This document shows, in pieces, positions 53,654-63,690 of a DNA stretch of 64,000 bases; the stretch's first letter is position 1, and each line of letters starts with the position of its first letter. Source of the DNA: Deltaproteobacteria bacterium (GTDB lineage: Bacteria > Myxococcota_A > JAADFL01); contig JAADFL010000205.1 of NCBI GenBank assembly GCA_013152945.1, positions 23,301 to 87,300 on the forward strand. The letters are read 5' to 3'. Under the pieces are notes generated by a model. The model had not been told where the DNA came from. It ran no database searches and was given only the letters and a program-made list of their open reading frames with translations. The translations under genes and the position numbers were made by a program.

Positions 53654-55867
53654 ATGTCGGGAATCATGCGTATAGGCACAATTATCTCTTGCCTGCTGTT
53701 ACAAGGCGCAGCCGCCTTTGCAGGGCTTCACCCCCTTGAAAAAGGCGAGGCGCTTCTGATCGACGAAAAGGCGGATATATTCCTTGTTGTCCAGGTCAGC
53801 GAAGATGCGCATGAAACTCCGGAATCGATAGTCAGAAGATACACCTCTGATTTGCCCAGAGACCGTCTTGCAGTAATCTTGGAAGATCGCCAACCCGCAG
53901 ATCCGATTAATATACCATGGACAAATCTCGTCTCAAAGGTAAAGGCCCGGATATTGCTGGATCTTTTCCCAAAAGATCGGCCACTGCAAAACAAAGGATG
54001 GGTCCACGTCGTGGTATATTCCGACGAGAGCTTCAACTTGTTGTCCAGGTTGTTTCACGGAGATGACGATCTCATTCTTGACCTGTTCACGAGGCTGGGA
54101 AGAGATATACACACCGGTGATACATTAGTGCTTGAAAAACAGGACATGACATCCGGTTTGGCTGATAATCTTTTCAAACAAGCCGAGGCAAGGGCAATTC
54201 CCATTTACGAGAAAAGCAAGCCGGCCGGGAAACAAGTTCAAGGTGAGATTTCCGAAGATGATGAAATACTCGACCAGGATATTGGTGCAAACAAGATGAC
54301 CGAGGTTCATTCGACCCTGTACAAGGCCAGGGAAAAAGCAATCTTCCTCCCGCGGCCAAAAGATGGGCTTTTGTACAAAAAAGATAAAAATGGTGAACTA
54401 TTCACCGAGTACAAGGTAAGAAAAGGCAATTCCCTCTATTCGATAGCAAAAAGGTTTACCGGCAGGAAAAAGCCAAGCCGCATCAATGCTGCTGTCAGGG
54501 TCATACAAAGAGCCAGTGGTTTCAGGAAAGCGGCAAGTATAAGACCGGGAGACATCGTGGTGATTCCGGTGTCACTACTGGGACAGGATTACAAACCACC
54601 TGCATCGCCACCTGCATCAAGCACCTGTCATGGAAAATTTCCAAAGAAAAAAGGACCGCTTACCTATTACCGATTGAAAGACGGACGGGTCGAGGCCAGA
54701 TATACCTTGAAAAAAGGAGAAGCACTTTACAGCGCAGTGGTCATACGGTTTACAGGCAGGCTTAGGGCAAAGGAAGTAAACGGACTGGCCATGCTGATTG
54801 CCAGGTACAGCGGCATCAAGGATGTAACCAAGATCCCTGCAGGGGCGACCGTAAGAATTCCCATCGACTACCTGGATGACCCGTGGCATCCATGTCCGGC
54901 CCAGCCCGGGGCTGAAGTTGCAGAAGAGCCGGCAGAGCCCGAGCCGGTTCCACCCGCAGCAAAAGGAGAGGCATCCGGCTTTCATTTTATATTGGATCCG
55001 GGACACGGCGGTATTGATACCGGCGCACTGGTGGCCGGTATGCCGGAGGATGAATATGCTTATGACATTGCTACAAGGTTGAAGAGGCACCTCGAATCCG
55101 CCGGCGGCATCGTCCACATGCTGCTCTATGATAAAAAACAGAAATACGTTCCAAGGAACGTGGCATACCTTAGGATGGACAGAAACGAAGTCTTGCTTAC
55201 CAGGCCGAGGTGGTTCCCCAACAACCCCAGGCGCGCGGTCATGGTCAGGGTGGCCATGGTGAACCAAATATTGAGAAAACTAATAAGGGAAAAAAGAATA
55301 TCCCCTGAAAAGATCGCTTTTCTGTCTGTACACCTGGATAACCTTCATCCATCTGTTAAAGGTTCCTTTGTATATTATCCCAATAAGGTGATGCGTCGCC
55401 GTAGATTGAGCCTTGGTAGCGGCCTGTTGAGAAGACTGTTCAAGGCCGTGGATCGCAGATTGGAATTCAACGCCCGGTTCCTGGCAAGGTCCCAAAAAGA
55501 ATCCAGGTCCATGGCGTACCGGATGGTAAGGGCGCTGAAGGCTGCGGGATTTCCAATGACACGCAGGCCGGTCAGGTACAAGATATACCGGGGAAGAAGA
55601 GTGTTTTCACCCGCCGTCGTCAGGTATTCTCCCGTGGTCAGAGCCTTGTTGCTGGAGACCTTCAATCTTGCAAACAAGAAAGAGAGGACGATTCTGGCAA
55701 GCCCGGGACAGCGGGAGTTGTACGCAAGGACTGTCGGGGATGCATTGATAGCCGAGCTTAAAAGTAAAAAAGGACTCAGCCTTCCGCCCATGGAAAAGGA
55801 CCGGGGAAGCCCAAGATTCCCCAAAAGACGCAGCAGACGAAAAAAAAGACACCTTAAAAAAAGATAA
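53654..55867 (+). CDS. N-acetylmuramoyl-L-alanine amidase (Amidase_3) with two LysM domains and basic C-terminal tail
   Basis: LysM-like 'YKVRKGNSLYSIAKRF' and 'YTLKKGEALYSAVVIRF'. Amidase_3 'FILDPGHGGIDTGAL'. Signal peptide. C-terminal RRSRRKKRHLKKR. Confidence 0.8.
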   Translation: MSGIMRIGTIISCLLLQGAAAFAGLHPLEKGEALLIDEKADIFLVVQVSEDAHETPESIVRRYTSDLPRDRLAVILEDRQPADPINIPWTNLVSKVKARILLDLFPKDRPLQNKGWVHVVVYSDESFNLLSRLFHGDDDLILDLFTRLGRDIHTGDTLVLEKQDMTSGLADNLFKQAEARAIPIYEKSKPAGKQVQGEISEDDEILDQDIGANKMTEVHSTLYKAREKAIFLPRPKDGLLYKKDKNGELFTEYKVRKGNSLYSIAKRFTGRKKPSRINAAVRVIQRASGFRKAASIRPGDIVVIPVSLLGQDYKPPASPPASSTCHGKFPKKKGPLTYYRLKDGRVEARYTLKKGEALYSAVVIRFTGRLRAKEVNGLAMLIARYSGIKDVTKIPAGATVRIPIDYLDDPWHPCPAQPGAEVAEEPAEPEPVPPAAKGEASGFHFILDPGHGGIDTGALVAGMPEDEYAYDIATRLKRHLESAGGIVHMLLYDKKQKYVPRNVAYLRMDRNEVLLTRPRWFPNNPRRAVMVRVAMVNQILRKLIREKRISPEKIAFLSVHLDNLHPSVKGSFVYYPNKVMRRRRLSLGSGLLRRLFKAVDRRLEFNARFLARSQKESRSMAYRMVRALKAAGFPMTRRPVRYKIYRGRRVFSPAVVRYSPVVRALLLETFNLANKKERTILASPGQRELYARTVGDALIAELKSKKGLSLPPMEKDRGSPRFPKRRSRRKKRHLKKR

Positions 55868-55877
55868 TCCGATTACC

Positions 55878-56597
55878 CTATTTTTTTGGAATCGCCCTTA
55901 TCCTGGCCTTCCCGTCCTGGACAACTACTTTCAGTTCCACGTCCCTGCACTTGTGTTTCTTCATGAACTCCGGCAGCTTGTGTTCGAATTGCTTCATGAC
56001 CTTGTCATACGAAAGCCCCTTGGAGGCCTGTCCAGTTTTCTGCCGGGCAAGCATGAGTTCATTGTAGGCCTTATGAAGCTTGGCCTTGTCCACCTGCGGC
56101 ACACGCGGAGTTGAAGGCATCGTGGAACGGGCGGTTTCCACTTCCTGCTCTGCAGATTGTGCTTTGGCCGGCACCGGTTTGCCCTCACCCCGGACTTGTG
56201 CTTCGTCTCGCCCTGGTCCCGGTTTCAATGCTCCGGGGGAATATGTGTTCAGCATGTCCTTGTTGACCTTGCTTTTTACGGATTTGTACCTGTCTCTGGA
56301 CATCCGCCCTTCTTCCATCTCCCTCAAGATCCTGTCCCAGTACCTGCTGTACGAAGCGAACTTTGAAATTATGGAGTTCAACTTGAATCTCAAGGCAGTG
56401 TTCCGTGGCGGGTTTTTGGCCCGGTGCTTTCTGACTGCAGCTTTGAGTTCATCGTATTTCTTTAACGGGGGAACTCGATCGAGTCCCAAAAAATATCTTT
56501 CAAAGGATATCTTCAACTGGTCGACTTGTATTCTGAGTTTTTCCAGCTCAATGGCGAAATCGGATTGAGTGACCATTTCCAACACTCCGTGCAGCAA
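55878..56597 (-). CDS. Hypothetical protein (basic, helical)
   Basis: ORF of 239 aa directly downstream of the PilZ genes on the same strand. No recognisable motif. Confidence 0.45.
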   Translation of the reverse strand: MLHGVLEMVTQSDFAIELEKLRIQVDQLKISFERYFLGLDRVPPLKKYDELKAAVRKHRAKNPPRNTALRFKLNSIISKFASYSRYWDRILREMEEGRMSRDRYKSVKSKVNKDMLNTYSPGALKPGPGRDEAQVRGEGKPVPAKAQSAEQEVETARSTMPSTPRVPQVDKAKLHKAYNELMLARQKTGQASKGLSYDKVMKQFEHKLPEFMKKHKCRDVELKVVVQDGKARIRAIPKK

Positions 56598-56784
56598 GAA
56601 TCAATCCGGATCTTACTGCAACCAAAACAAACTCTTCAGTTGCACAAATATCCCGAATATCCCATTACGTTTTTTATCATAACCCGGCAACCATGGTTTT
56701 ACAAATTGGCAAATAATATCCATTCCCCGCGCTGATCGAAAAACAAGGACACAACTCGAGACATTACTCTTATAAAACCCGGCG

Positions 56785-57153
56785 CTAACCGTTCAATATC
56801 CTGGTATCCTCTCCAAGGAAGGCCAGCAGCCTCTTTTTCCCATCGCCTTCGAATTCAAGGAACTTCAACCCAATACCTGTTCCAGGCAATCTGTGTATCA
56901 CCTGGGCAGCCACAGCTACCCGTTTTGAGTCATCGGGCAGCTTGATTTTTAACCGGAGTCGCGTTCCAAGAGGCAACTTAATATCTTCTTCGAGAAAGAG
57001 CCCGACCATGGAAAGATTGATGGTCTTGTATTTTCTGGTCATTTTTGGTGAAGAAAGGTCAACGTCCAGGGATAATTCTTTCCTGATATAGGTCCTTCGT
57101 TCCAAATCGGCCATCCAATCACCTCTCGGGCGCCAGGTATTCCCGCCGGACAA
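56785..57153 (-). CDS. PilZ-domain protein
   Basis: 'RRTYIRKELSLDVDLS ... INLSMVGLFLE' resembles the PilZ RxxxR ... DxSxxG c-di-GMP binding motifs. Confidence 0.6.
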   Translation of the reverse strand: MSGGNTWRPRGDWMADLERRTYIRKELSLDVDLSSPKMTRKYKTINLSMVGLFLEEDIKLPLGTRLRLKIKLPDDSKRVAVAAQVIHRLPGTGIGLKFLEFEGDGKKRLLAFLGEDTRILNG

Positions 57154-57301
57154 ACCTCTTGTTTAACATGATCCGACAAATGTATCCCTTTGGTCAAGAG
57201 TTGACAGCCCGTATCCTGTCAAAGATCTCCAAACCGGAAAAACTTTTTTTCGCCGGTATAATGTGGTCCTACAGGCATTAAAGGAGATGCTGTAACAACT
57301 A

Positions 57302-60300
57302 TCAGTCTCGTCCGAAAATCCGGGAAAAAAGCCCTCTGACCTTACCTGAGCCGGAAAGTTCTTCGGCATCCAACTCAACACTGGCTCCTCTGGTCTTCAA
57401 CTTGACGCCCAATCTTTCGATAACGTCATCAGGCGTGTACTTTGTGGACAGCCTAACCACGGCTCTCCTGCCGGTCCGTTCATCCTTTACGGTTACCGTC
57501 AGCAGGGCTTCCCTGTTGAGACCCACTGCTATTTCGAACTTTCTCGTTCCTCTGGGCCCCTTTGGGATGTTGGCGATAATCATGCTCCCGATAAACTCGT
57601 TTTCCTGGATTTTGTCACTTTCACCTTGGAAAAAATGTACTTCCAGAGTTTTTTGATTGTCCTTGGTCGTACCCAGTTTATACCTGGCAAGGTGAGGCAA
57701 CCTGGTTTGGGCAGGGATTATTGGCATGAACCGCCCTCCCGGAAGTCCCACGCCGATACTCTGGGGCAATACATCGACCAGCGCTACCTTTCTTTCCTCG
57801 TCTTGACTGTTGGCCAACAAAGCTGCGCCCACTGCCACGGCCTCGTCCGGATGCACGCCTTTGGACGGTGCCCTGCCGAAATGTTCCTCTATCATTCGGT
57901 GAATCAACGGCATGCGGGATTGGCCCCCTGTGAGCAGCACTGCATCCACATCCGCCACTGAAATGTCGGCGGATGCAAGTACCCTGTCGCTGACCTGCAA
58001 GGTCTTTTCAACAAGGTCTATAACTATCTCTTCGAATTCATTTCTACTAATCTCCACCGACAGATCTCTTGGCTTACGATCTATGACAGCAATATACGGC
58101 AACTCCACTTTTACCGATTCCTGACCGGACAATGTACGCTTTGCCTCTTCTGCCGCCTCGATTATCCTCTGGAGAACCATGGGATCATCAGGCAAATCAA
58201 CTCCCTCCGCTTCCTTGAACTTGTCCCAGATGAGAGTCACCAGCCGGTAGTCGAAATCCATTCCCCCCAGAAAAGTCTCTCCGCCCGTTGCCGCAACTTC
58301 GAACACATTTCCCTTGATACTTACAACCGAGGCATCGAATGTTCCTCCACCAAGGTCATACACCAGAACCCGTTTGTTCTTTTCTTTGTTGAACCCATAA
58401 GCCATTGCAGCAGCCGTGGGTTCGTTCACTATCCTCGTTATTTCCAAGCCGGCAAGCTCTCCGGCCTTTCTTACCGCGGATCGCTGATTCTCGTTATAGT
58501 ATGCAGGAACGGTAACCAGTGCCTTTTTCACATTGGCTTCCAGGTACATGGAGGCCAACTTTTTTACTTCTTTCAAGACAAGGGCGCTTATCTCCTGCAA
58601 TGTATACTCTTTGTCCCCCAGCTTGACCGCAGTATCATGGTGCGCTCCGGGCACGATTTTATAACTCATATGTCTTTTTACTTCCTCCACAAGTGGAGAG
58701 CCGTATTTCCTGCCGATGAGCCTCTTGAAACCATAAACCGTAAACTTGGGATTCGTTATCCTTTGCCTGGCCGCGGGTTCACCCACTGCAAACCTGCCGT
58801 CCTCCCATGCTACAATCGAAGGGATGGTATTCTTTCCTTGCGGTGTGGGTATTATTAATACCTTGCCGTCCTTGACCACGCTGGCGCAGCTATATGTTGT
58901 TCCAAGATCAACACCTATCGGAGACGCGTCGCTTTCGTACACAACCTCCCCGTTGCCTGTAGAAACAACATCTTCTGCGGCTTCATTCCCGGATTCAAGC
59001 GTTTTGGCCGGTTCTCTTGCTTCATCTTTTTCCCCGGTCTCATCCGTCTCTTTTGCCTTGGCTTTAATCTCTTGTTCAGCGCTATCCTTTGCCTGCGGTT
59101 TTTCTCGCAAGCCGGGTCCCTCATCATCTCCGAATAGCAAACTGTCATCTATCGCCAGGTCCAGGTCATCCTGGTCTACTTGACTGGAATCCCTTTCTTC
59201 TTCAATGTCCTCATTGCCGATCTCGAACTCTCCGGTGTTTCCTTCTGACGAGCCAAGTTCGTCCAGATCTTCGACCTCAAGATCGGCAGGAACAGCATGA
59301 ATCGGCTCGCTGTTTTCTTCATCCTGTCCCTCGAACTCTTGCAATTCCCTTTCATTGTCGAGAGCCGTTTGTGAAGACTCTTGTAATTCCACCGGCACCT
59401 CGAAAGAAACTTCTTCCTCCTCGCCCGTATCCTGGATGCCGGATTCAACAGGTGCTTTCTCCTCACCTTTTCCTTCCTGTTTTTCCCGGGTTGAAACAGG
59501 GACCTCGGGCCAATTCTCACCTGTTTCGGCCTTGACGGCAACTTCTTCACTATCAATATCTTCTGTTTCAATTGCCTTTACATCCTGTGGACCGGATGCG
59601 CCTGCTCCTTGCTCTTTTTCTTGTTCTTCATCGGCCGGGAAAGCATCTTCTTCTATCTCGATATCGATGTCTGTATCTCCTAATTCATCGATTTCTTTAT
59701 CCCCGGTCTCCTGTTGTTCCTCCCCGCTTTTCTTTTTTCCCTCTTCCGTTTCTTCTCTTTCTTTTGATACTTCTTTCTTAAGCTCCGGCTCGACTCGCTG
59801 TTCAGCCGAAGTCAATGTAGATGCCGCCTTTGTTTCATCCCGCGACATTGACTGCACACTATCCCCGTCCTCCAGGGGATCCAACACCTCGACAGCCACA
59901 TCATCCTCATCAAGATCCTTGTTTTTCTCCACAAGGTTCTTCAGCCAGTCTCGATCCATTGGATGAACATCCAAAAATTCTATTCCCATACCTGCCGGTT
60001 CACCCTCAAAAGACTGTTCTTTTGTCCTGATCCATCTAACAATCCCGCTTGCCATCAACAAGTGTACACCGCTCTTAAACTCCATGGTGATGCCTATTAT
60101 TGTGCCGACCGGTTGGGGCGTTGAAGTTCGAATAAAGATGCCTGATTCACTTATATTTGCAGAATACCTTTCCAAAAGCTGGTTTTCATCCTTGAACCTC
60201 AATGTGATTTTCTTGAAAAAAGGGGCTCGTTCCGCACTCCTGTTCTCGTTGTCAATATTGTCTTTTGTCATTATTTCCTCCATGAAGCCGGGATCAGCCG

Positions 60301-60304
60301 GCAA
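57302..60304 (-). CDS. PilZ-domain / acidic linker / Hsp70 (DnaK-family, lid-less) fusion protein
   Basis: The N-terminal ~110 aa is PilZ-like ([16 protein letters not shown] ... [11 protein letters not shown]), paralogous to the 60400..60798 product. About 300 aa of Glu/Asp-rich disorder follow. The C-terminus has Hsp70 hallmarks '[14 protein letters not shown]', '[14 protein letters not shown]' and '[11 protein letters not shown]', plus an SBD-beta, with no helical lid. Confidence 0.85.
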   Translation of the reverse strand: MPADPGFMEEIMTKDNIDNENRSAERAPFFKKITLRFKDENQLLERYSANISESGIFIRTSTPQPVGTIIGITMEFKSGVHLLMASGIVRWIRTKEQSFEGEPAGMGIEFLDVHPMDRDWLKNLVEKNKDLDEDDVAVEVLDPLEDGDSVQSMSRDETKAASTLTSAEQRVEPELKKEVSKEREETEEGKKKSGEEQQETGDKEIDELGDTDIDIEIEEDAFPADEEQEKEQGAGASGPQDVKAIETEDIDSEEVAVKAETGENWPEVPVSTREKQEGKGEEKAPVESGIQDTGEEEEVSFEVPVELQESSQTALDNERELQEFEGQDEENSEPIHAVPADLEVEDLDELGSSEGNTGEFEIGNEDIEEERDSSQVDQDDLDLAIDDSLLFGDDEGPGLREKPQAKDSAEQEIKAKAKETDETGEKDEAREPAKTLESGNEAAEDVVSTGNGEVVYESDASPIGVDLGTTYSCASVVKDGKVLIIPTPQGKNTIPSIVAWEDGRFAVGEPAARQRITNPKFTVYGFKRLIGRKYGSPLVEEVKRHMSYKIVPGAHHDTAVKLGDKEYTLQEISALVLKEVKKLASMYLEANVKKALVTVPAYYNENQRSAVRKAGELAGLEITRIVNEPTAAAMAYGFNKEKNKRVLVYDLGGGTFDASVVSIKGNVFEVAATGGETFLGGMDFDYRLVTLIWDKFKEAEGVDLPDDPMVLQRIIEAAEEAKRTLSGQESVKVELPYIAVIDRKPRDLSVEISRNEFEEIVIDLVEKTLQVSDRVLASADISVADVDAVLLTGGQSRMPLIHRMIEEHFGRAPSKGVHPDEAVAVGAALLANSQDEERKVALVDVLPQSIGVGLPGGRFMPIIPAQTRLPHLARYKLGTTKDNQKTLEVHFFQGESDKIQENEFIGSMIIANIPKGPRGTRKFEIAVGLNREALLTVTVKDERTGRRAVVRLSTKYTPDDVIERLGVKLKTRGASVELDAEELSGSGKVRGLFSRIFGRD

Positions 60305-60399
60305 ACATGCAATATCGAGGGATCATTCCAAATCAAGCACCTCTGTAAAAAAACCGGGCATGACCTTGCCGGGCACAACGCAGTTGATGCCCGGCTCCT

Positions 60400-60798
60400 T
60401 CAAGCCAGGGGATCGGTGACCTCTACCTCGACGTCGTCTTCGGCATCACTGGCCTTGGCAAGGACAGAATCGAGCCACTCCTTGTCCTTGGGATGTATGT
60501 CCAGGAACTTCAGGCCCATGCCGGGTTGGAGGCCCTTGTATTCTTCGCCTGATTCGCGAATCCACTTGACAACCGACGTGGCCGAAAAGAGATGTTCTCC
60601 ATTCTTCAACATCGCTTTCAAGGTAACAATAGTGCCCGCAGGCCGTGGGCTCCTTGTTTTCACGAACATACCCGACTCACTCAAGTTACCCGAATATTTC
60701 TCAATAAACTGCTCCTCGTCTTTGACCCTGACGGTTACGCGGCTATAGAAGGGCACCCTTTCGGCAGCCCTTTTCTCATCTCCATTTCCTTCAGTCAT
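60400..60798 (-). CDS. PilZ-domain protein
   Basis: 'AAERVPFYSRVTVRVKDEEQFIEKYSGNLSESGMFVKT' is PilZ-like and closely paralogous to the N-terminus of the downstream Hsp70 fusion. Confidence 0.7.
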   Translation of the reverse strand: MTEGNGDEKRAAERVPFYSRVTVRVKDEEQFIEKYSGNLSESGMFVKTRSPRPAGTIVTLKAMLKNGEHLFSATSVVKWIRESGEEYKGLQPGMGLKFLDIHPKDKEWLDSVLAKASDAEDDVEVEVTDPLA

Positions 60799-61008
60799 TT
60801 CTTACTCCTTATCAAACATTAGCAAATACAAATCAAAATTATTCTACATTAAGCTGTAACCAATCGTCCAGCATCTGTTTATGGGCCGGAACTCTTTTCT
60901 TGGTCCCGGTAATAATTCTTGTAATAACCATCACCAAGAAAGATATTTTGCAATCATCCTTGTATTCAATGTTAATTATTTGTAAACTATGGTCTATAAA
61001 TAGAGGTC

Positions 61009-63597
61009 ATGATGTATAAGTGTAAAAGAAAAACTGTTTCTCTTTTTTATCTACTTGCAATAATGTTCCTGCCCTGTTTCGGTGCATCGTCCCAGGTTTT
61101 TCCCGGAGCATCGTGGCAAGAAAAAAGCCCTGAAGATGTGGGCCTGGACAATTCTGTTGTAAATACATTCGTATCCGCGCTTGGCGGTGACGGTGTAATC
61201 ATCAGAAACGGTTACCTGGTAAAGAAATGGGGGAATTGGACCGGCAGAGCGGACTGGGCATCGGCGATGAAGCCTGTAATGGCTACGATGCTCTTCTTTG
61301 CCATAGAAGAAAAACGAATCGATTCGATCGATTCACTCGTAAGACCCGTGGTTCAAAGCCACCTTGGAAAAGACCTGGCAACCAAAGACCTTACCATGTC
61401 ATGGCGCCACCTGGCGGACATGACCAGCGGGTACGCCAGGGGGGAAGCGCCCGGCCGGGCATGGGCATACAACGACTATGCGATTCAACTGTACAGCGTA
61501 TTGCTTTTTGACGGTGTGTATAAAGATACGCCCGACCATGTATCGACCACACACCTGTCTCAATTGGGATTCGAGGACGGCGGCCTCTTTGGTTCAAGGG
61601 GAGGAAGGGGCCTGAATGCATCACCAAGGGACTTCGCAAGAATCGGATGGTTCTGGCTCAACAAGGGTAACTGGAACGGGACCCAGCTTTTACCCAAGAG
61701 CTACTTCGACAAGTACATGAAACCGGACGTGCCCATTGATCTGCCAAGGACGAAAAACAGCGGTTCGGACTATCTCGGGGTAGGCAGCATAGGGGGAGGC
61801 TCGGATCAGACTGAATATGGTCCGGGTATTTATGGCTTCAATTGGTGGTTCAATGCAATAACGCCGAATGGTCACATGACATGGCCGGATGCACCGGCGG
61901 ATACGTTACAGGCCAATGGTCATTGGAACAAGGAAGTCATTACAATAATTCCAAGCCTCGGCTTGGTAATCGCCTGCCGGGGAAACTGGGGAGACTTCAG
62001 GCCGGGTGATTCAAGCGCCTCCATGAACCAGAGACTCGCATCCATTGCGAATGCCGTCACCAATATGCCGCCCAGCGCGGAATCCGCTGATTACTGGGTG
62101 GAACAACCGGACTCCCTGGAAATAACGTTGAAATACACCGATCCGGACGGGCCCGGACCATATTCATTTTCTATTCTATCCGGCCCCCGACATGGTGAAT
62201 TACAAGGCTCGGGAGCAAACAGAAAATATGTTCCTGCCACAGGTTTCCATGGAGATGATTCGTTCACCTGGAACGTATACGACGGCATATCATATTCAAC
62301 AGCGGCATCTGTCAACATCACAGTGGACCAGGAGGGCAACCAGGCGCCGAAAGCGGAAGACAGCGCAGTAAAGGGGTTCATCGACCAGCCGATTCCAATA
62401 GACCTTAAATATAGCGACCCTGATGGACCCGAACCGTACAATTTCACCATTGTCTCCGGGCCTTCACACGGAACGCTCGACGGCACCAAAGACAAGCGAA
62501 CTTACACACCAGGTTCCGGCTTCGTTGGTTTGGATTCTTTTACCTGGAAGGTCCTTGATGGAGAGGGGGGCGAATCCAACCAGGCGGAATGCGATATCTC
62601 GATAAGTCGCGAACTTGAAATAGCCAACACCACGGTAGCAACAGGCAGTGCGTACAAGTGGGACAAACTGGCCCCTGGAAAAAAACAATATATAGACAGA
62701 GCATATACCTTTACAACCGTTCCGGCTCAAATGACGGGCATGGCATATCTCATGACTGCAAATGATGATAAAAAAGCAAATAACGATCCCATGGTAATCT
62801 TTGATGTCAATCAAAAAGTCAGGGTGTTCGTTGCACATGACGACAGGGCCCGGCCCAGGCCTTCCTGGTTGGATACCTGGAGTGATACAGGGGAAGATTT
62901 AGGTAACGGCGACACCAATTTCAGCCTTCTTTCCAAAGAACTTGGTGCCGGCCGGATTTCACTCGGCCCAAACAGCTGTCCAAGCGATGGATGCAGTATG
63001 TATACTGTTGTAGTCCAAGCACTTGGTTCATCCGGTGATACCGATACAGATACCGACACCGACACGGATACTGATACCGACACCGACACGGACACGGATA
63101 CTGACACCGATACTGACACGGATACTGACACCGATACTGATACCGATACCGACACCGACACGGATACTGATACCGACACCGACATGGACACGGACGCTGA
63201 CACGGATACTGACACCGATACCGATACCGACACCGACATGGACACGGACGCTGACACGGATACCGACACCGACACCGATACCGATACCGACATGGACACG
63301 GATGTAGATACGGACACTGACACTAATACAGATACTGATACGCAAACAGGATCGAATTGCGGGCAAGACGGCCGGTTCTGTTACACCAGCAATGACTGCT
63401 GCGAGGATCTGTACTGTAAATTCCTGGATCCGATGGTGCCTGAAGATGGTGGAACGTGTAAGCCCAAGGATAGCGGGGAAATATCACCTGCCTCGGGATG
63501 CGGTTGCAGTCATTCGGCTTCAACAGGCTTCCCGTCTTTTTTGTTGATGTTATTCGGTATATCTATTTTCATAGGACACAAGCATTTCAATGGATGA
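61009..63597 (+). CDS. Mosaic surface protein: beta-lactamase-fold serine hydrolase domain + cadherin-like domains + TD-repeat linker + Cys-knot + Cys-motif C-terminal sorting signal
   Basis: Signal peptide. 'WASAMKPV' SxxK motif in a beta-lactamase/PBP-like N-domain. Two 'YTDPDGPGPYSFSILSGPRHG' cadherin-like modules. About 100 aa of DTDTDT. 'CGQDGRFCYTSNDCCEDLYC' module. The C-terminus is 'GCGCS' + transmembrane helix + 'GHKHFNG'. Confidence 0.75.
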   Translation: MMYKCKRKTVSLFYLLAIMFLPCFGASSQVFPGASWQEKSPEDVGLDNSVVNTFVSALGGDGVIIRNGYLVKKWGNWTGRADWASAMKPVMATMLFFAIEEKRIDSIDSLVRPVVQSHLGKDLATKDLTMSWRHLADMTSGYARGEAPGRAWAYNDYAIQLYSVLLFDGVYKDTPDHVSTTHLSQLGFEDGGLFGSRGGRGLNASPRDFARIGWFWLNKGNWNGTQLLPKSYFDKYMKPDVPIDLPRTKNSGSDYLGVGSIGGGSDQTEYGPGIYGFNWWFNAITPNGHMTWPDAPADTLQANGHWNKEVITIIPSLGLVIACRGNWGDFRPGDSSASMNQRLASIANAVTNMPPSAESADYWVEQPDSLEITLKYTDPDGPGPYSFSILSGPRHGELQGSGANRKYVPATGFHGDDSFTWNVYDGISYSTAASVNITVDQEGNQAPKAEDSAVKGFIDQPIPIDLKYSDPDGPEPYNFTIVSGPSHGTLDGTKDKRTYTPGSGFVGLDSFTWKVLDGEGGESNQAECDISISRELEIANTTVATGSAYKWDKLAPGKKQYIDRAYTFTTVPAQMTGMAYLMTANDDKKANNDPMVIFDVNQKVRVFVAHDDRARPRPSWLDTWSDTGEDLGNGDTNFSLLSKELGAGRISLGPNSCPSDGCSMYTVVVQALGSSGDTDTDTDTDTDTDTDTDTDTDTDTDTDTDTDTDTDTDTDTDTDTDTDTDMDTDADTDTDTDTDTDTDMDTDADTDTDTDTDTDTDMDTDVDTDTDTNTDTDTQTGSNCGQDGRFCYTSNDCCEDLYCKFLDPMVPEDGGTCKPKDSGEISPASGCGCSHSASTGFPSFLLMLFGISIFIGHKHFNG
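63037..63345 (+). repeat. (GAYACN)n hexanucleotide tract encoding (Thr-Asp)n
   Basis: gataccgatacagataccgacaccgacacggatact and similar units, period 6, in frame. Confidence 0.85.
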
Positions 63598-63690
63598 ATT
63601 TCAGTTGACATTTTTTCCTGCACCCGGCTTCCATACCCGGCTCAAAAACTCCGGCAGTATCCTTTACTGCCTGCATGACAGGAGGCGGCC

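Noticed and set aside
62811-63366. ORFs 62811..63323 (-), 63023..63307 (+) and 63028..63366 (-) over the fourth tract
   Set aside because: Repeat-generated frames nested in the mosaic protein gene.
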